Below, one piece after another: positions 30,943 through 39,480 of a stretch of 64,000 nt of DNA. The DNA is from an uncultured PS1 clade bacterium (GTDB taxonomy: Bacteria; Pseudomonadota; Alphaproteobacteria; MED-G09): NCBI GenBank assembly GCA_902609025.1, contig CACLQD010000002.1, positions 33,899 through 97,898 on the forward strand, written 5' to 3'. The notes under the pieces were generated by a model. It was given only the letters and a program-made list of their open reading frames with translations. It did no database searches and was not told where the DNA came from. Numbering within the stretch: the first letter of the stretch is position 1; each line of letters opens with the position of its first letter. Position numbers and translations under genes: made by a program.

Positions 30943-32154
30943 TTATAATCCAAGTACAGCTTTAGAAATAATATTTCTTTGAATCTCATTTGAACCAGCA
31001 TAAATAGTTGTTTTTCTTCCGTTATAATATTCGGGAGTGATCGTTGCAGCATAATCTGGCCCAATACTTGGTTCATTAACATTCGCAAAAGTATCTTCTA
31101 CAAATGGATGGGACCAATAACCTATAGCCTCAACTGCCAGTTCTTGTAAATATTGACCTATCTCAGTACCTCTGGTTTTTAAAATCGAGGATTCTGGACC
31201 TACCCTTTGTCCAGCAGATAGAGCTGAAAAAATCCTAAGTTCTACAAACTCCATAGCTTGAATTTGAATTTCACATTCATTAATTTTATTTAGAAAATCA
31301 TTATCATCTAATAAAGTTAAACCATCACCAATAGATGTATCTCTAGCTATATCTTTTAAATTCTTTATGCCTCTATATAACCCTGGTGAGTATGCAGTTC
31401 CTCTTTCAAACTCAAGTAAGTACTTAGCATATGTCCAACCTTTATTTTCTTCACCAATTAAATTCTCTATTGGAACTTTTACATCTTCAAAAAAAACTTG
31501 GTTAACTTCTTGATGTGGTTCTGGACTATTATCAAGTGTTATTAAAGGCCTTACTTCAATACCAGGAGACTTCATATCAATTAACAAGAAAGATATCCCT
31601 TCTTGGGGTTTTTCTGTTTTTGAGGTTCGAACTAAACAAAAAATCCAATCAGCATACTGAGCCATAGTGGTCCAAATCTTTGTTCCATTAACTAAATAAT
31701 GATCACCTTGATTTTCTGCCTTACATTGTAATGAAGCTAAATCAGAGCCAGAGCCAGGCTCTGAATAACCTTGGCACCACCAGACATTGCTCTCAAGAAT
31801 ATCAGGAAGAAATTTATCCTTTTGTTCTTGAGAACCGAATTCCATAATAACAGGCGCAACCATCGATAATCCAAAAGGTATAGTTCTCGGTGCCCCTTCA
31901 CGAGCCATTTCTGATTCAAAAATATACTTTTGGGTTGAAGTAAAACCTGCACCGCCATACTGCTCTGGCCAATTTGGTGCCATCCATCCTCTTTCATATA
32001 GAGATTTTTGCCATTTTACATGAAGATCTTTTCCAGCATGACCGTTTTTTGATAGTGATAAAGTTTTTCTCATATCATCTGTAAAGGTTTCTTTAATAAA
32101 ACCTCTTACTTCATCTCTAAATTTTATATCTTCTTCTTTAAAACCTAATTGCAT
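30943..32154 (-). CDS. Acyl-CoA dehydrogenase, large (PimC-like) type, second copy
   Basis: 403 aa paralog of 34107..35303. Shared WWCQGYSEPGSGSDLASL, EGISFLLIDM and a C-terminal GSNEIQRNIISKAVLGL. Confidence 0.85.
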   Translation of the reverse strand: MQLGFKEEDIKFRDEVRGFIKETFTDDMRKTLSLSKNGHAGKDLHVKWQKSLYERGWMAPNWPEQYGGAGFTSTQKYIFESEMAREGAPRTIPFGLSMVAPVIMEFGSQEQKDKFLPDILESNVWWCQGYSEPGSGSDLASLQCKAENQGDHYLVNGTKIWTTMAQYADWIFCLVRTSKTEKPQEGISFLLIDMKSPGIEVRPLITLDNSPEPHQEVNQVFFEDVKVPIENLIGEENKGWTYAKYLLEFERGTAYSPGLYRGIKNLKDIARDTSIGDGLTLLDDNDFLNKINECEIQIQAMEFVELRIFSALSAGQRVGPESSILKTRGTEIGQYLQELAVEAIGYWSHPFVEDTFANVNEPSIGPDYAATITPEYYNGRKTTIYAGSNEIQRNIISKAVLGL

Positions 32155-32162
32155 GATTTCTC

Positions 32163-32963
32163 CTATTTACCTTTGAAATTTCCATCTCTTTTTTCAAAAA
32201 ATGCTGACAACGCTTCTTGATGATCTTCAGTTAAATGCATCAAAGCTTGCATATTTGCTGACATCTCAAGTACAGTATCGAAGCTATTTGTAATTCCTTC
32301 TCTAAGAAGTTTTTTAGCCATCCTTAATGCATCAGGTGGTTGTTTTACAATTTCTAAAGCAAGGGCATTAGCGTCTTCCATTAATGATTCATGTTTTGAT
32401 ATCTCGCTAATCAAACCCCATTCTTTAGCTGTTTCAGGATTAATAATTTTACCAGTATAAAGCAGTTCAGCTGCTTTCGAAAAACCTATTATTTTTGGCA
32501 ACAACCAAGCTCCACCATCACCTGGGATTAATCCAATCTTTAAAAAAGTAACGCCAAATTTGGCCTTTTCTGATGCTATCCTTATATCTGCAAGACATGC
32601 TACATCATTACCTAAACCAATCGCAGGTCCATTTATTGCGGCAATTACAGGAACCTCAACACTCCATACAGCTCTTATTATTCTATGGATACCATATCGA
32701 TATCTCTCTCTTAGAGCCACAGAAGACCCAGAGAAATTACCTTTTTTTTCCTTCATATTTTTGACATTTCCACCAGCAGAAAAGGCTGAGCCCTCTCCAG
32801 TAAGAATTACACATCTTATGTCTCTATCATTATTGATTAAATCACGAGCTTCTTCAAAATTTTCTGCATCTTCAGGTTCGCCAAGGGGGTTTCTTATGTC
32901 TGGTCTATTAAGTTTTAATGTTCCAATAGAGCCATTTTTTTCAAATTTTAACCATTCATTCAT
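32163..32963 (-). CDS. Enoyl-CoA hydratase/isomerase (crotonase) family protein
   Basis: 266 aa. GEGSAFSAGGN and AAINGPAIGLG crotonase motifs. Confidence 0.85.
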   Translation of the reverse strand: MNEWLKFEKNGSIGTLKLNRPDIRNPLGEPEDAENFEEARDLINNDRDIRCVILTGEGSAFSAGGNVKNMKEKKGNFSGSSVALRERYRYGIHRIIRAVWSVEVPVIAAINGPAIGLGNDVACLADIRIASEKAKFGVTFLKIGLIPGDGGAWLLPKIIGFSKAAELLYTGKIINPETAKEWGLISEISKHESLMEDANALALEIVKQPPDALRMAKKLLREGITNSFDTVLEMSANMQALMHLTEDHQEALSAFFEKRDGNFKGK

Positions 32964-32969
32964 ATTATT

Positions 32970-34097
32970 TTACCCGGCAGAAGAATATTTTTTTAAATGA
33001 TGATCAATATTACCATAGGAGTTTTCGATCATAGATAATCTTTTAAAATAATGCCCAACATTTAATTCGTCTGTCATTCCCATTCCACCATGCAGTTGAA
33101 CAGCACTTTGGCCTATAAATTTAGCAGCTTTAGCAATTTGAACTTTAGCTCCTGATGCTGCTTTTCTTCTTTCAGCATATTCTTCGTCCAATTTTAAATT
33201 TACCATATAAGTCATAGATACACTTTGTTCATATTGCATGAACATATCGACCATACGATGTTGAAGAACTTGAAATTTACCAATAGGTTGACCAAATTGT
33301 TTTCTAGTTTTGCAATATTCTACTGTAGCATCATTCAAAACTTTCATTGCGCCTATAGCTTCTGAACAAATAGCAGCAATAGTTTCATCAACTATTAATT
33401 CGATTAATTCAGCTCCTTTACCTTCTTCTCCAATTAACTCATCTTTAGAAACAGATACATTTTCTAATGTTATTTCTGACGCCCTACTTCCATCAACAGT
33501 TGGATAATCTCTAATTGATAAGCCTTCTGAATTTTTATCAACAATGAGGACCGATATTCCATCAGAGTCTCTTTGATCACCTGATGTTCTAACTGAAACA
33601 ATAAATTTATTTGCCCATGGGCCGCCAGATACAACTGATTTGTAACCATTAATAATATAATGATCACCATCTAATGTAGCTGTAGTAGTCAGATCATTTA
33701 AATTATAACGCCCTTGTGGTTCAGCATATGCAAAAGCCCAAATATCTTCTCCTGAGATAATCCCAGGAATATATTTTTCTTTTATGCTTGCACTTGCTCT
33801 TCTTAAAAATCCTCCGCATGTCACAACGGTTTGTATATATGGCTCTACAACTAAACCTTTTCCAAATTCCTCAGCAACAATCATTGTTTCAACAGATCCA
33901 AAATTTAATCCGCCATCTTCTTCCGAAAAAGGTAGACCTAGCAGACCAAGTTCTGCAAATTGTTTCCAATTTTCTTGTTTCATTCCTTCTTCAGACTTAA
34001 CTATTGCCTGCCTTTTATCAAAATCATAATTGTCTTGAATAAAAGACTGTATTGTATTCCTCAATAAAGTTTGTTCTTCACTAAAAGAAAAATCCAT
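32970..34097 (-). CDS. Acyl-CoA dehydrogenase, small (PimD-like) type
   Basis: 375 aa with an ACAD fold. Immediately downstream of the large-type ACAD (9-bp spacer). Confidence 0.8.
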   Translation of the reverse strand: MDFSFSEEQTLLRNTIQSFIQDNYDFDKRQAIVKSEEGMKQENWKQFAELGLLGLPFSEEDGGLNFGSVETMIVAEEFGKGLVVEPYIQTVVTCGGFLRRASASIKEKYIPGIISGEDIWAFAYAEPQGRYNLNDLTTTATLDGDHYIINGYKSVVSGGPWANKFIVSVRTSGDQRDSDGISVLIVDKNSEGLSIRDYPTVDGSRASEITLENVSVSKDELIGEEGKGAELIELIVDETIAAICSEAIGAMKVLNDATVEYCKTRKQFGQPIGKFQVLQHRMVDMFMQYEQSVSMTYMVNLKLDEEYAERRKAASGAKVQIAKAAKFIGQSAVQLHGGMGMTDELNVGHYFKRLSMIENSYGNIDHHLKKYSSAG

Positions 34098-34106
34098 TGT
34101 TACCTC

Positions 34107-35303
34107 CTATAACCCTAACACCATCTTGGCGATAATATTTTTTTGAATTTCATTTGATCCGCCATAAATGGAAGTTTTTCTTGTATTAAAATAATTTTGC
34201 GCAACACCATGGCTATAATCGGGACCAATTGTTAAATAATTAGATCCTTGCCTCTCAAAAGCAGGAGTTAGATATGGGTTAGAGTAATGACCCACTGCTT
34301 CCATGGTTAATTCTGTGATTCTCTGCTGTATCTCGGTTCCTTTAATTTTAAGTATTGAAGATTCAGCGCCTGGTCCTTCACCTTTACTTTCTTTTGCTAA
34401 AGTCCTTAATTCTGTATATTCAAGAGCAGTTAAATCAACCTCAAGATCGGCGATTTTTGAATTAAAATCTGAATCATTAATTAAATTTTCACCATCTATA
34501 TATTCAGAAGAAGCTATATCTTTGAGGCGTTCTACCGCTTTTTTAGATCTTGCTACGCCAGCTATACCTGTACGCTCATTACCTAATAAAAATTTTGCAA
34601 TTGTCCATCCCATATTTTCTTCTCCAACAAGATTTTCTGCTGGAACTTTAACATCTTCTAAAAAAACTTCATTAACTTCATGCCCACCATCTAAAGTAAT
34701 AATTGGTTTAACATCAATTCCTTCAGTTTTCATATCAATTAAAAGAAATGATATACCCTCTTGAGGCTTTCCATCATTCTTTGTTCTTACTAAACAGAAC
34801 ATCCAATCAGCAAATTGAGCTAATGTTGTCCATGTCTTGTGCCCATTAACAATATAATGATCTCCAACTTTTTCTGCTTTAGTTCTTAAGCTTGCTAGGT
34901 CAGATCCTGCTCCAGATTCTGAATAACCCTGACACCACCAATCATTTCCTGATAAAATACCTTTTAGAACCCAATCCTTTTGATCTTCATTTCCAAAACC
35001 AATTATAACCGGACCAAGCATAGTTAAACCAAAAGGAATTAATGGAGTTGTGCCTGCATTAGCGCATTCTTGATCCCAAATATATCTCTGAGTAATATTC
35101 CAACCTGTTCCACCATATTCTTCTGGCCATTGAGGTGCAATCCAACCTTTTTTATATAAAACTTTATGCCAAGAGAGCATATCCTCTCTTGTTAAATCAG
35201 TTCTTTTATCAATATCTTTTAATTTTTGAGGAAAGCTCTTATCTATAAAATCTTTTACCTCTTGACGAAAATTCTCATCTTCTTTTGTAAATGCTAGATC
35301 CAT
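34107..35303 (-). CDS. Acyl-CoA dehydrogenase, large (PimC-like) type
   Basis: 398 aa. WWCQGYSESGAGSDLASL, EGISFLLIDM and a C-terminal GGSNEIQKNIIAKMVLGL. Confidence 0.85.
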   Translation of the reverse strand: MDLAFTKEDENFRQEVKDFIDKSFPQKLKDIDKRTDLTREDMLSWHKVLYKKGWIAPQWPEEYGGTGWNITQRYIWDQECANAGTTPLIPFGLTMLGPVIIGFGNEDQKDWVLKGILSGNDWWCQGYSESGAGSDLASLRTKAEKVGDHYIVNGHKTWTTLAQFADWMFCLVRTKNDGKPQEGISFLLIDMKTEGIDVKPIITLDGGHEVNEVFLEDVKVPAENLVGEENMGWTIAKFLLGNERTGIAGVARSKKAVERLKDIASSEYIDGENLINDSDFNSKIADLEVDLTALEYTELRTLAKESKGEGPGAESSILKIKGTEIQQRITELTMEAVGHYSNPYLTPAFERQGSNYLTIGPDYSHGVAQNYFNTRKTSIYGGSNEIQKNIIAKMVLGL

Positions 35304-35502
35304 CTTTCAAAATATTCCTAAATAATCAATTAGTTAACAGTTTATTATTAATTTAAATAAAATTAATTATATATTCTTAACAGAGGTTAATATTTAAATC
35401 CATTACCTTTTTGACGCATTTTTTTTCAATTTATTTGATAAAATTTATATATTTAAAATTATATAATGGTTATATATTATTTATTGTTTAGGGGTTTATC
35501 AA

Positions 35503-36675
35503 ATGGATAGAAAAGAAGAGTATAATCAAATAGCAGAAAGAGTTGTTGGTCATGTTGAGAATAATACTACTGACCAAGCTGAAAATATACTTTCGATTCC
35601 TACAGCAGATTATACATGCAAAAAGAGATGGAATTCTGAAATAAATAAAATATTTAAAGAATTACCTCTAATGTTGGCATTATCAATTGAAATACCGAAT
35701 AAAGGTGATTACAAAAGTATGGAAGTTGTTGGGATACCAATCTTAATAACAAGAGACAAAGATTCAAAAATTCATGCATTTAGAAATGTATGCTCACATC
35801 GTGGAGCTCCTTTAGCGGGTGAAGAAATTGGAAATAAAAATAGATTTACATGTCCATATCATGGTTGGACATATTCAAATCAAGGTGATCTGATTGGTGT
35901 TCTAGAAAATGATAAATTTGGTGAACTCGATAAAAGTTGCAATGGACTTCAGGTTTTGCCTTGTGAAGAATTTGGTGGAATGATTTTTGTAACCTTAACT
36001 CCTAATTTAGAATTAAATTTAGATGAATTCCTTGGAGGTATGAAATCTGAGATAGAGCATTTCAAACTTCAAGACTGGCATTATCATGGTTTTAAAGTCA
36101 TACATGGCGCAAATTGGAAAATAGCTTTTGACGGATATTTGGAAGGTTATCATTTTTCAACTGCTCATAAAGAAACAATTCTACCTATGACCAAACAGGG
36201 TATTATGGATTTTTCATCATTTGGCCCTCATCTTAGGATCGCTTTTGCATCAACAACTATTGATGAAATACATGATTTACCAAAAAATGAATGGTGGAAA
36301 AAAGAAGGAGCTGGTGTAGATTTTGTAAGGACATTATTCCCTAATATTTCAATTTCGCTCGGACTTGGAATTGGTCAAATAGCTCAAATCCTACCGGGTA
36401 ATACTCCAGATAAGAATACAACGGTTTTGCATTATGTTGCACCTGAAACACCGAAAAATGAAGAAGATAAAGCTGAGTTAGATCATTTTATGAATTTCTT
36501 AAGAGATGTAGTTAATGATGAAGATTATGCTCTAGGATTAGAAATCCAAAGAGGTTTAGACTCAAACTCAAAAAAGAATGTTCTTTTTGGAAAGAATGAA
36601 AGAGGGAACCAATACTTTCATAAATATGTAGATTTTTATATAGATGAAAATATCAAAAAACCGCCAATTCTATAG
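35503..36675 (+). CDS. Rieske [2Fe-2S] non-heme-iron oxygenase, alpha subunit
   Basis: Rieske motif CSHRGAPL-x16-CPYHGW and mononuclear iron motif EGYHFSTAH. 390 aa, with no beta subunit or reductase gene nearby. Confidence 0.85.
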   Translation: MDRKEEYNQIAERVVGHVENNTTDQAENILSIPTADYTCKKRWNSEINKIFKELPLMLALSIEIPNKGDYKSMEVVGIPILITRDKDSKIHAFRNVCSHRGAPLAGEEIGNKNRFTCPYHGWTYSNQGDLIGVLENDKFGELDKSCNGLQVLPCEEFGGMIFVTLTPNLELNLDEFLGGMKSEIEHFKLQDWHYHGFKVIHGANWKIAFDGYLEGYHFSTAHKETILPMTKQGIMDFSSFGPHLRIAFASTTIDEIHDLPKNEWWKKEGAGVDFVRTLFPNISISLGLGIGQIAQILPGNTPDKNTTVLHYVAPETPKNEEDKAELDHFMNFLRDVVNDEDYALGLEIQRGLDSNSKKNVLFGKNERGNQYFHKYVDFYIDENIKKPPIL

Positions 36676-36692
36676 CGACAAATCTTTTAAGC

Positions 36693-36720
36693 CTTGAAAT
36701 AAATATACTCATCACTATCT
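36693..36720 (+). promoter_or_regulatory. Sigma-32-like heat-shock promoter for the sHSP gene
   Basis: CTTGAAA-N13-CACTATCT compared with the E. coli sigma-32 consensus CTTGAAA-N13-15-CCCCATNT. The -35 match is perfect and the -10 matches 5 of 7 fixed positions. Confidence 0.4.
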
Positions 36721-36726
36721 AATAAT

Positions 36727-36787
36727 TGAAGATGCCTTTTGAGGGTCTTCATTTGTTAAACTTGCTTTTTAAAGGAGTATAAAAATG
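36727..36787 (+). ncRNA. Candidate ROSE-like RNA thermometer in the 5' UTR of the sHSP gene
   Basis: Hairpin TGAAGA...TCTTCA (36727..36751). UUGCU (36762..36766) can pair with the SD AGGAG (36773..36777) as U-A, C-G, G.G, U-A, U.G. This is the U(U/C)GCU-SD arrangement with a G opposite the SD that characterises ROSE elements. Confidence 0.4.
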
Positions 36788-37234
36788 AGAACAACTTTTG
36801 ATACTATATGGAGAGATTTATCTCCATTTACTATTGGCTTTGATCGTACCTTTGATACATTGTCTTTATTGGCTAAAAATCAAGCTCAAAATGTGAATTA
36901 TCCGCCTTATAATATTAGAAAATTATCGGATAACAAATACAGTATTGAGTTAGCATTAGCCGGTTTTGAAGAAAAAGATGTTGATATCGAAGTAGTTGGT
37001 GAAAACCTTGTAATTTCAGGAAAAAGACCAGATGACTCAAATGATAATTTGGTTCATCAAGGTTTAGCTGCAAGAAATTTCAACAGAAAATTCGTACTTT
37101 CAGATGATATGGTCGTAAAAGGCGCAGCTCTTTCTAACGGAATTTTATATGTTGGACTTGAAAGAGTGATACCTGATCATAAAAAACCAAAAAAGATTAC
37201 TCTTACATCAAAAGAAAATCTTTTAAAAAATTAA
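36785..37234 (+). CDS. ibpA: Small heat-shock protein (Hsp20/alpha-crystallin, IbpA-like)
   Basis: 149 aa. YPPYNI, LALAGF..DVDIEV and GILYVGLER are typical of the IbpA/HspA family. Confidence 0.9.
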   Translation: MRTTFDTIWRDLSPFTIGFDRTFDTLSLLAKNQAQNVNYPPYNIRKLSDNKYSIELALAGFEEKDVDIEVVGENLVISGKRPDDSNDNLVHQGLAARNFNRKFVLSDDMVVKGAALSNGILYVGLERVIPDHKKPKKITLTSKENLLKN

Positions 37235-37240
37235 TGTCAA

Positions 37241-37266
37241 AAGGGGGTTTTAATACCCCCTTTTTT
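37241..37266 (+). terminator. Rho-independent terminator after the sHSP gene
   Basis: AAGGGGG-ttttaata-CCCCCTT stem-loop running into a TTTTTT tract. It is the only clear GC-rich hairpin plus T-run that I found in the window. Confidence 0.75.
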
Positions 37267-37332
37267 AAATAAATTGCTAGATACTTTGAAAAAAATATAT
37301 AATCTGTTTTTATCAATTTTTCAAAGTGAATA

Positions 37333-38604
37333 ATGTCATCAATAACTGAAAATCCATCAAACAGCTTAAGGAATTATGTTTTAGGTATACTTGTTGTTGT
37401 TTACACATTTAATTTTATTGATCGTCAAATTTTATCGATTCTTTTAGAATCTATTAAGAACGATTTAAATTTATCAGATACATCGCTTGGAATGTTAACG
37501 GGTTTCGCTTTTGCTTTATTCTACGCTACACTTGGCATTCCGATAGCCAAGTATGCTGATTATGGAAATAGAAGGAACTTAATTTCGCTTGCAATTGGTG
37601 TTTGGAGCTTTATGACAGCTCTCTCTGGACTTGCACAAAATTTTTTCCACTTATTAATAGCTAGAATTGGAGTTGGTATAGGCGAAGCTGGTTGTAGCCC
37701 CCCTGCTCATTCTATGATATCAGACTATTTTCCCGCAAATGTCAGATCTACTGCATTAGGTATTTATTCATTAGGAATTCCATTTGGAATTATGTTTGGT
37801 TTATTTGCTGGAGGATGGATTAATGAATATTTTGGTTGGAGAATAGCCTTCTTTGTTGTTGGTATTCCTGGAATTATATTGGCAATTATATTTCGTTTTA
37901 CTGTTCAAGAGCCAAAGAGAGGTCAGGCTGAAGGAAGAGCGGATACTAAAGAACAGCCAAGTATAATGGAAACTGCAAAATACCTCTTAAGTAAAAAATC
38001 ATTTAGACATCTTGCTTTTGGAGCTTCTCTTGCAGCTTTTGTGGGTTACGGAGCAATAACATGGCTTCCTTCTTTCTTTCAAAGATCATACGGGATGCAA
38101 ACTGGTGATGTTGGTTGGTATCTTGGTTTAATATTAGGCATACCTGGTGGCCTAGGTATTTTTTTAGGTGGCTATTTATCAGATTACTTAGGATCAAAAG
38201 ATGTGAGATGGTGTTTATGGATAGTAGCTTTGGCTATGTTTATTACAACTCCTTTGTATTATATGGTTTACCTGAGCCCAACAGCAAATATTTCATTCTT
38301 ATGGTTAATAGTGCCTATCGCCTTTGGTAATTTCTACCAAGCAACAACCTTTAGTCAAACTCAAGGGGTTGTTGAGTTAAGAATGCGATCAGTTGCTGCT
38401 GCTATTTTATTGTTTATTATCAATATCATAGGATTGGGTTTTGGACCTCAAGCCGTTGGTATACTTAGTGATATTCTAAGAGCCGATTATGGGAAAGAGT
38501 CATTAAGATACAGCCTAATGATACTTACAACATTGAAGTTATGGTGCGCATATCACTACTACTTAGCCGGTAAATATCTTAAAAATGATCTTGTTACAGA
38601 GTAA
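37333..38604 (+). CDS. MFS transporter (Spinster-like subfamily)
   Basis: 423 aa, about 12 TM segments. FNFIDRQILSIL and ARIGVGIGEAG motifs. Confidence 0.85.
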   Translation: MSSITENPSNSLRNYVLGILVVVYTFNFIDRQILSILLESIKNDLNLSDTSLGMLTGFAFALFYATLGIPIAKYADYGNRRNLISLAIGVWSFMTALSGLAQNFFHLLIARIGVGIGEAGCSPPAHSMISDYFPANVRSTALGIYSLGIPFGIMFGLFAGGWINEYFGWRIAFFVVGIPGIILAIIFRFTVQEPKRGQAEGRADTKEQPSIMETAKYLLSKKSFRHLAFGASLAAFVGYGAITWLPSFFQRSYGMQTGDVGWYLGLILGIPGGLGIFLGGYLSDYLGSKDVRWCLWIVALAMFITTPLYYMVYLSPTANISFLWLIVPIAFGNFYQATTFSQTQGVVELRMRSVAAAILLFIINIIGLGFGPQAVGILSDILRADYGKESLRYSLMILTTLKLWCAYHYYLAGKYLKNDLVTE

Positions 38605-38607
38605 GTT

Positions 38608-39480
38608 TTAATCAGGTTTCTTGAGAAATAAAATATTAGTTTTATCTTTATAAGAAATATAATCCTCATTATTTCCCCACTTTTGATCTGCGGCTTTTTC
38701 AAGCATTGGTATTCCGCTAACATTTACTAAAAGATAATAAATAAATATTGGTGAAATTAACGCTAAATAATCCCAATTTTTAAAAATTGGAATAGCAATA
38801 ATAGTAATGCCTATCCAAAGAAGTATTTCACCAAAATAATTAGGGTGTCTTGACCAGGCCCACAAACCATGTGAGATAAATTTATCTTTGTTATTTAAAT
38901 CTTCTTTAAACTTTTTCTTTTGATTATCTGCTACTACTTCAATTATAAAACCAGCTAACCAAACCAAAAAACCAAAAAAACAAAATATATACTCAATAAA
39001 AGTTAATTCACTTGAATGCTTACTTGTAACAGCTACCATTCCAGCTACATAACTCAGATAAACCCATAATGCAGATAAATTCCATGTTAGAAAAAACCAA
39101 GAGAAGTTCTTTTTCATTTCTGTAAAACGAGTATCCCTTCCAGTTTTTTTTACGCGATTAAATAAAAAGGAGCCAAGCCTTAAAGACCAGATAGCAACTA
39201 AAGAACAAATAAGAAAAGCGTAAAAATCTTTAACAGTAAAAATAAGAAAAAATGATAGACTAATAAATGTGAAGCTTCCTATCGCATCAAAATAATGTTC
39301 GGTTTGAAATAGATATCCATGAATAAAAAAAATCCAATGGATAATGTATGAATAAAGAAAACATACGACAAGAAGAGGAACGCCATAAAAGTCTATACTA
39401 TTTTGACTTACACCTAATGTTATTAAAATACCTATAATTATAGATATTATTGTCCCTGAGATTGATGTTCTTAATGGCAT
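38608..39480 (-). CDS. DUF1295 / steroid-5-alpha-reductase-like polytopic membrane protein
   Basis: 290 aa. GLWAWSRHPNYFGEILLWIG is the hallmark of DUF1295 / ICMT-like reductase-methyltransferase folds. Confidence 0.7.
   Translation of the reverse strand: MPLRTSISGTIISIIIGILITLGVSQNSIDFYGVPLLVVCFLYSYIIHWIFFIHGYLFQTEHYFDAIGSFTFISLSFFLIFTVKDFYAFLICSLVAIWSLRLGSFLFNRVKKTGRDTRFTEMKKNFSWFFLTWNLSALWVYLSYVAGMVAVTSKHSSELTFIEYIFCFFGFLVWLAGFIIEVVADNQKKKFKEDLNNKDKFISHGLWAWSRHPNYFGEILLWIGITIIAIPIFKNWDYLALISPIFIYYLLVNVSGIPMLEKAADQKWGNNEDYISYKDKTNILFLKKPD

Noticed and set aside
30894-31088. 64-aa ORF overlapping the 3' end of the ACAD gene and the ACAD-djlA spacer.
   Set aside because: It is out of frame with and mostly inside the ACAD coding region. 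Its sequence is uninformative. The spacer is better explained by the inverted repeat reported separately.
34303-34764. 153-aa ORF antisense to the large-type ACAD. Similar cases are 32560..33000 (146 aa, antisense to the crotonase) and 33784..34029.
   Set aside because: These are Ser/Pro/Ile-rich translations on the opposite strand of strongly supported genes. They have no start context or motif and are shadow ORFs.
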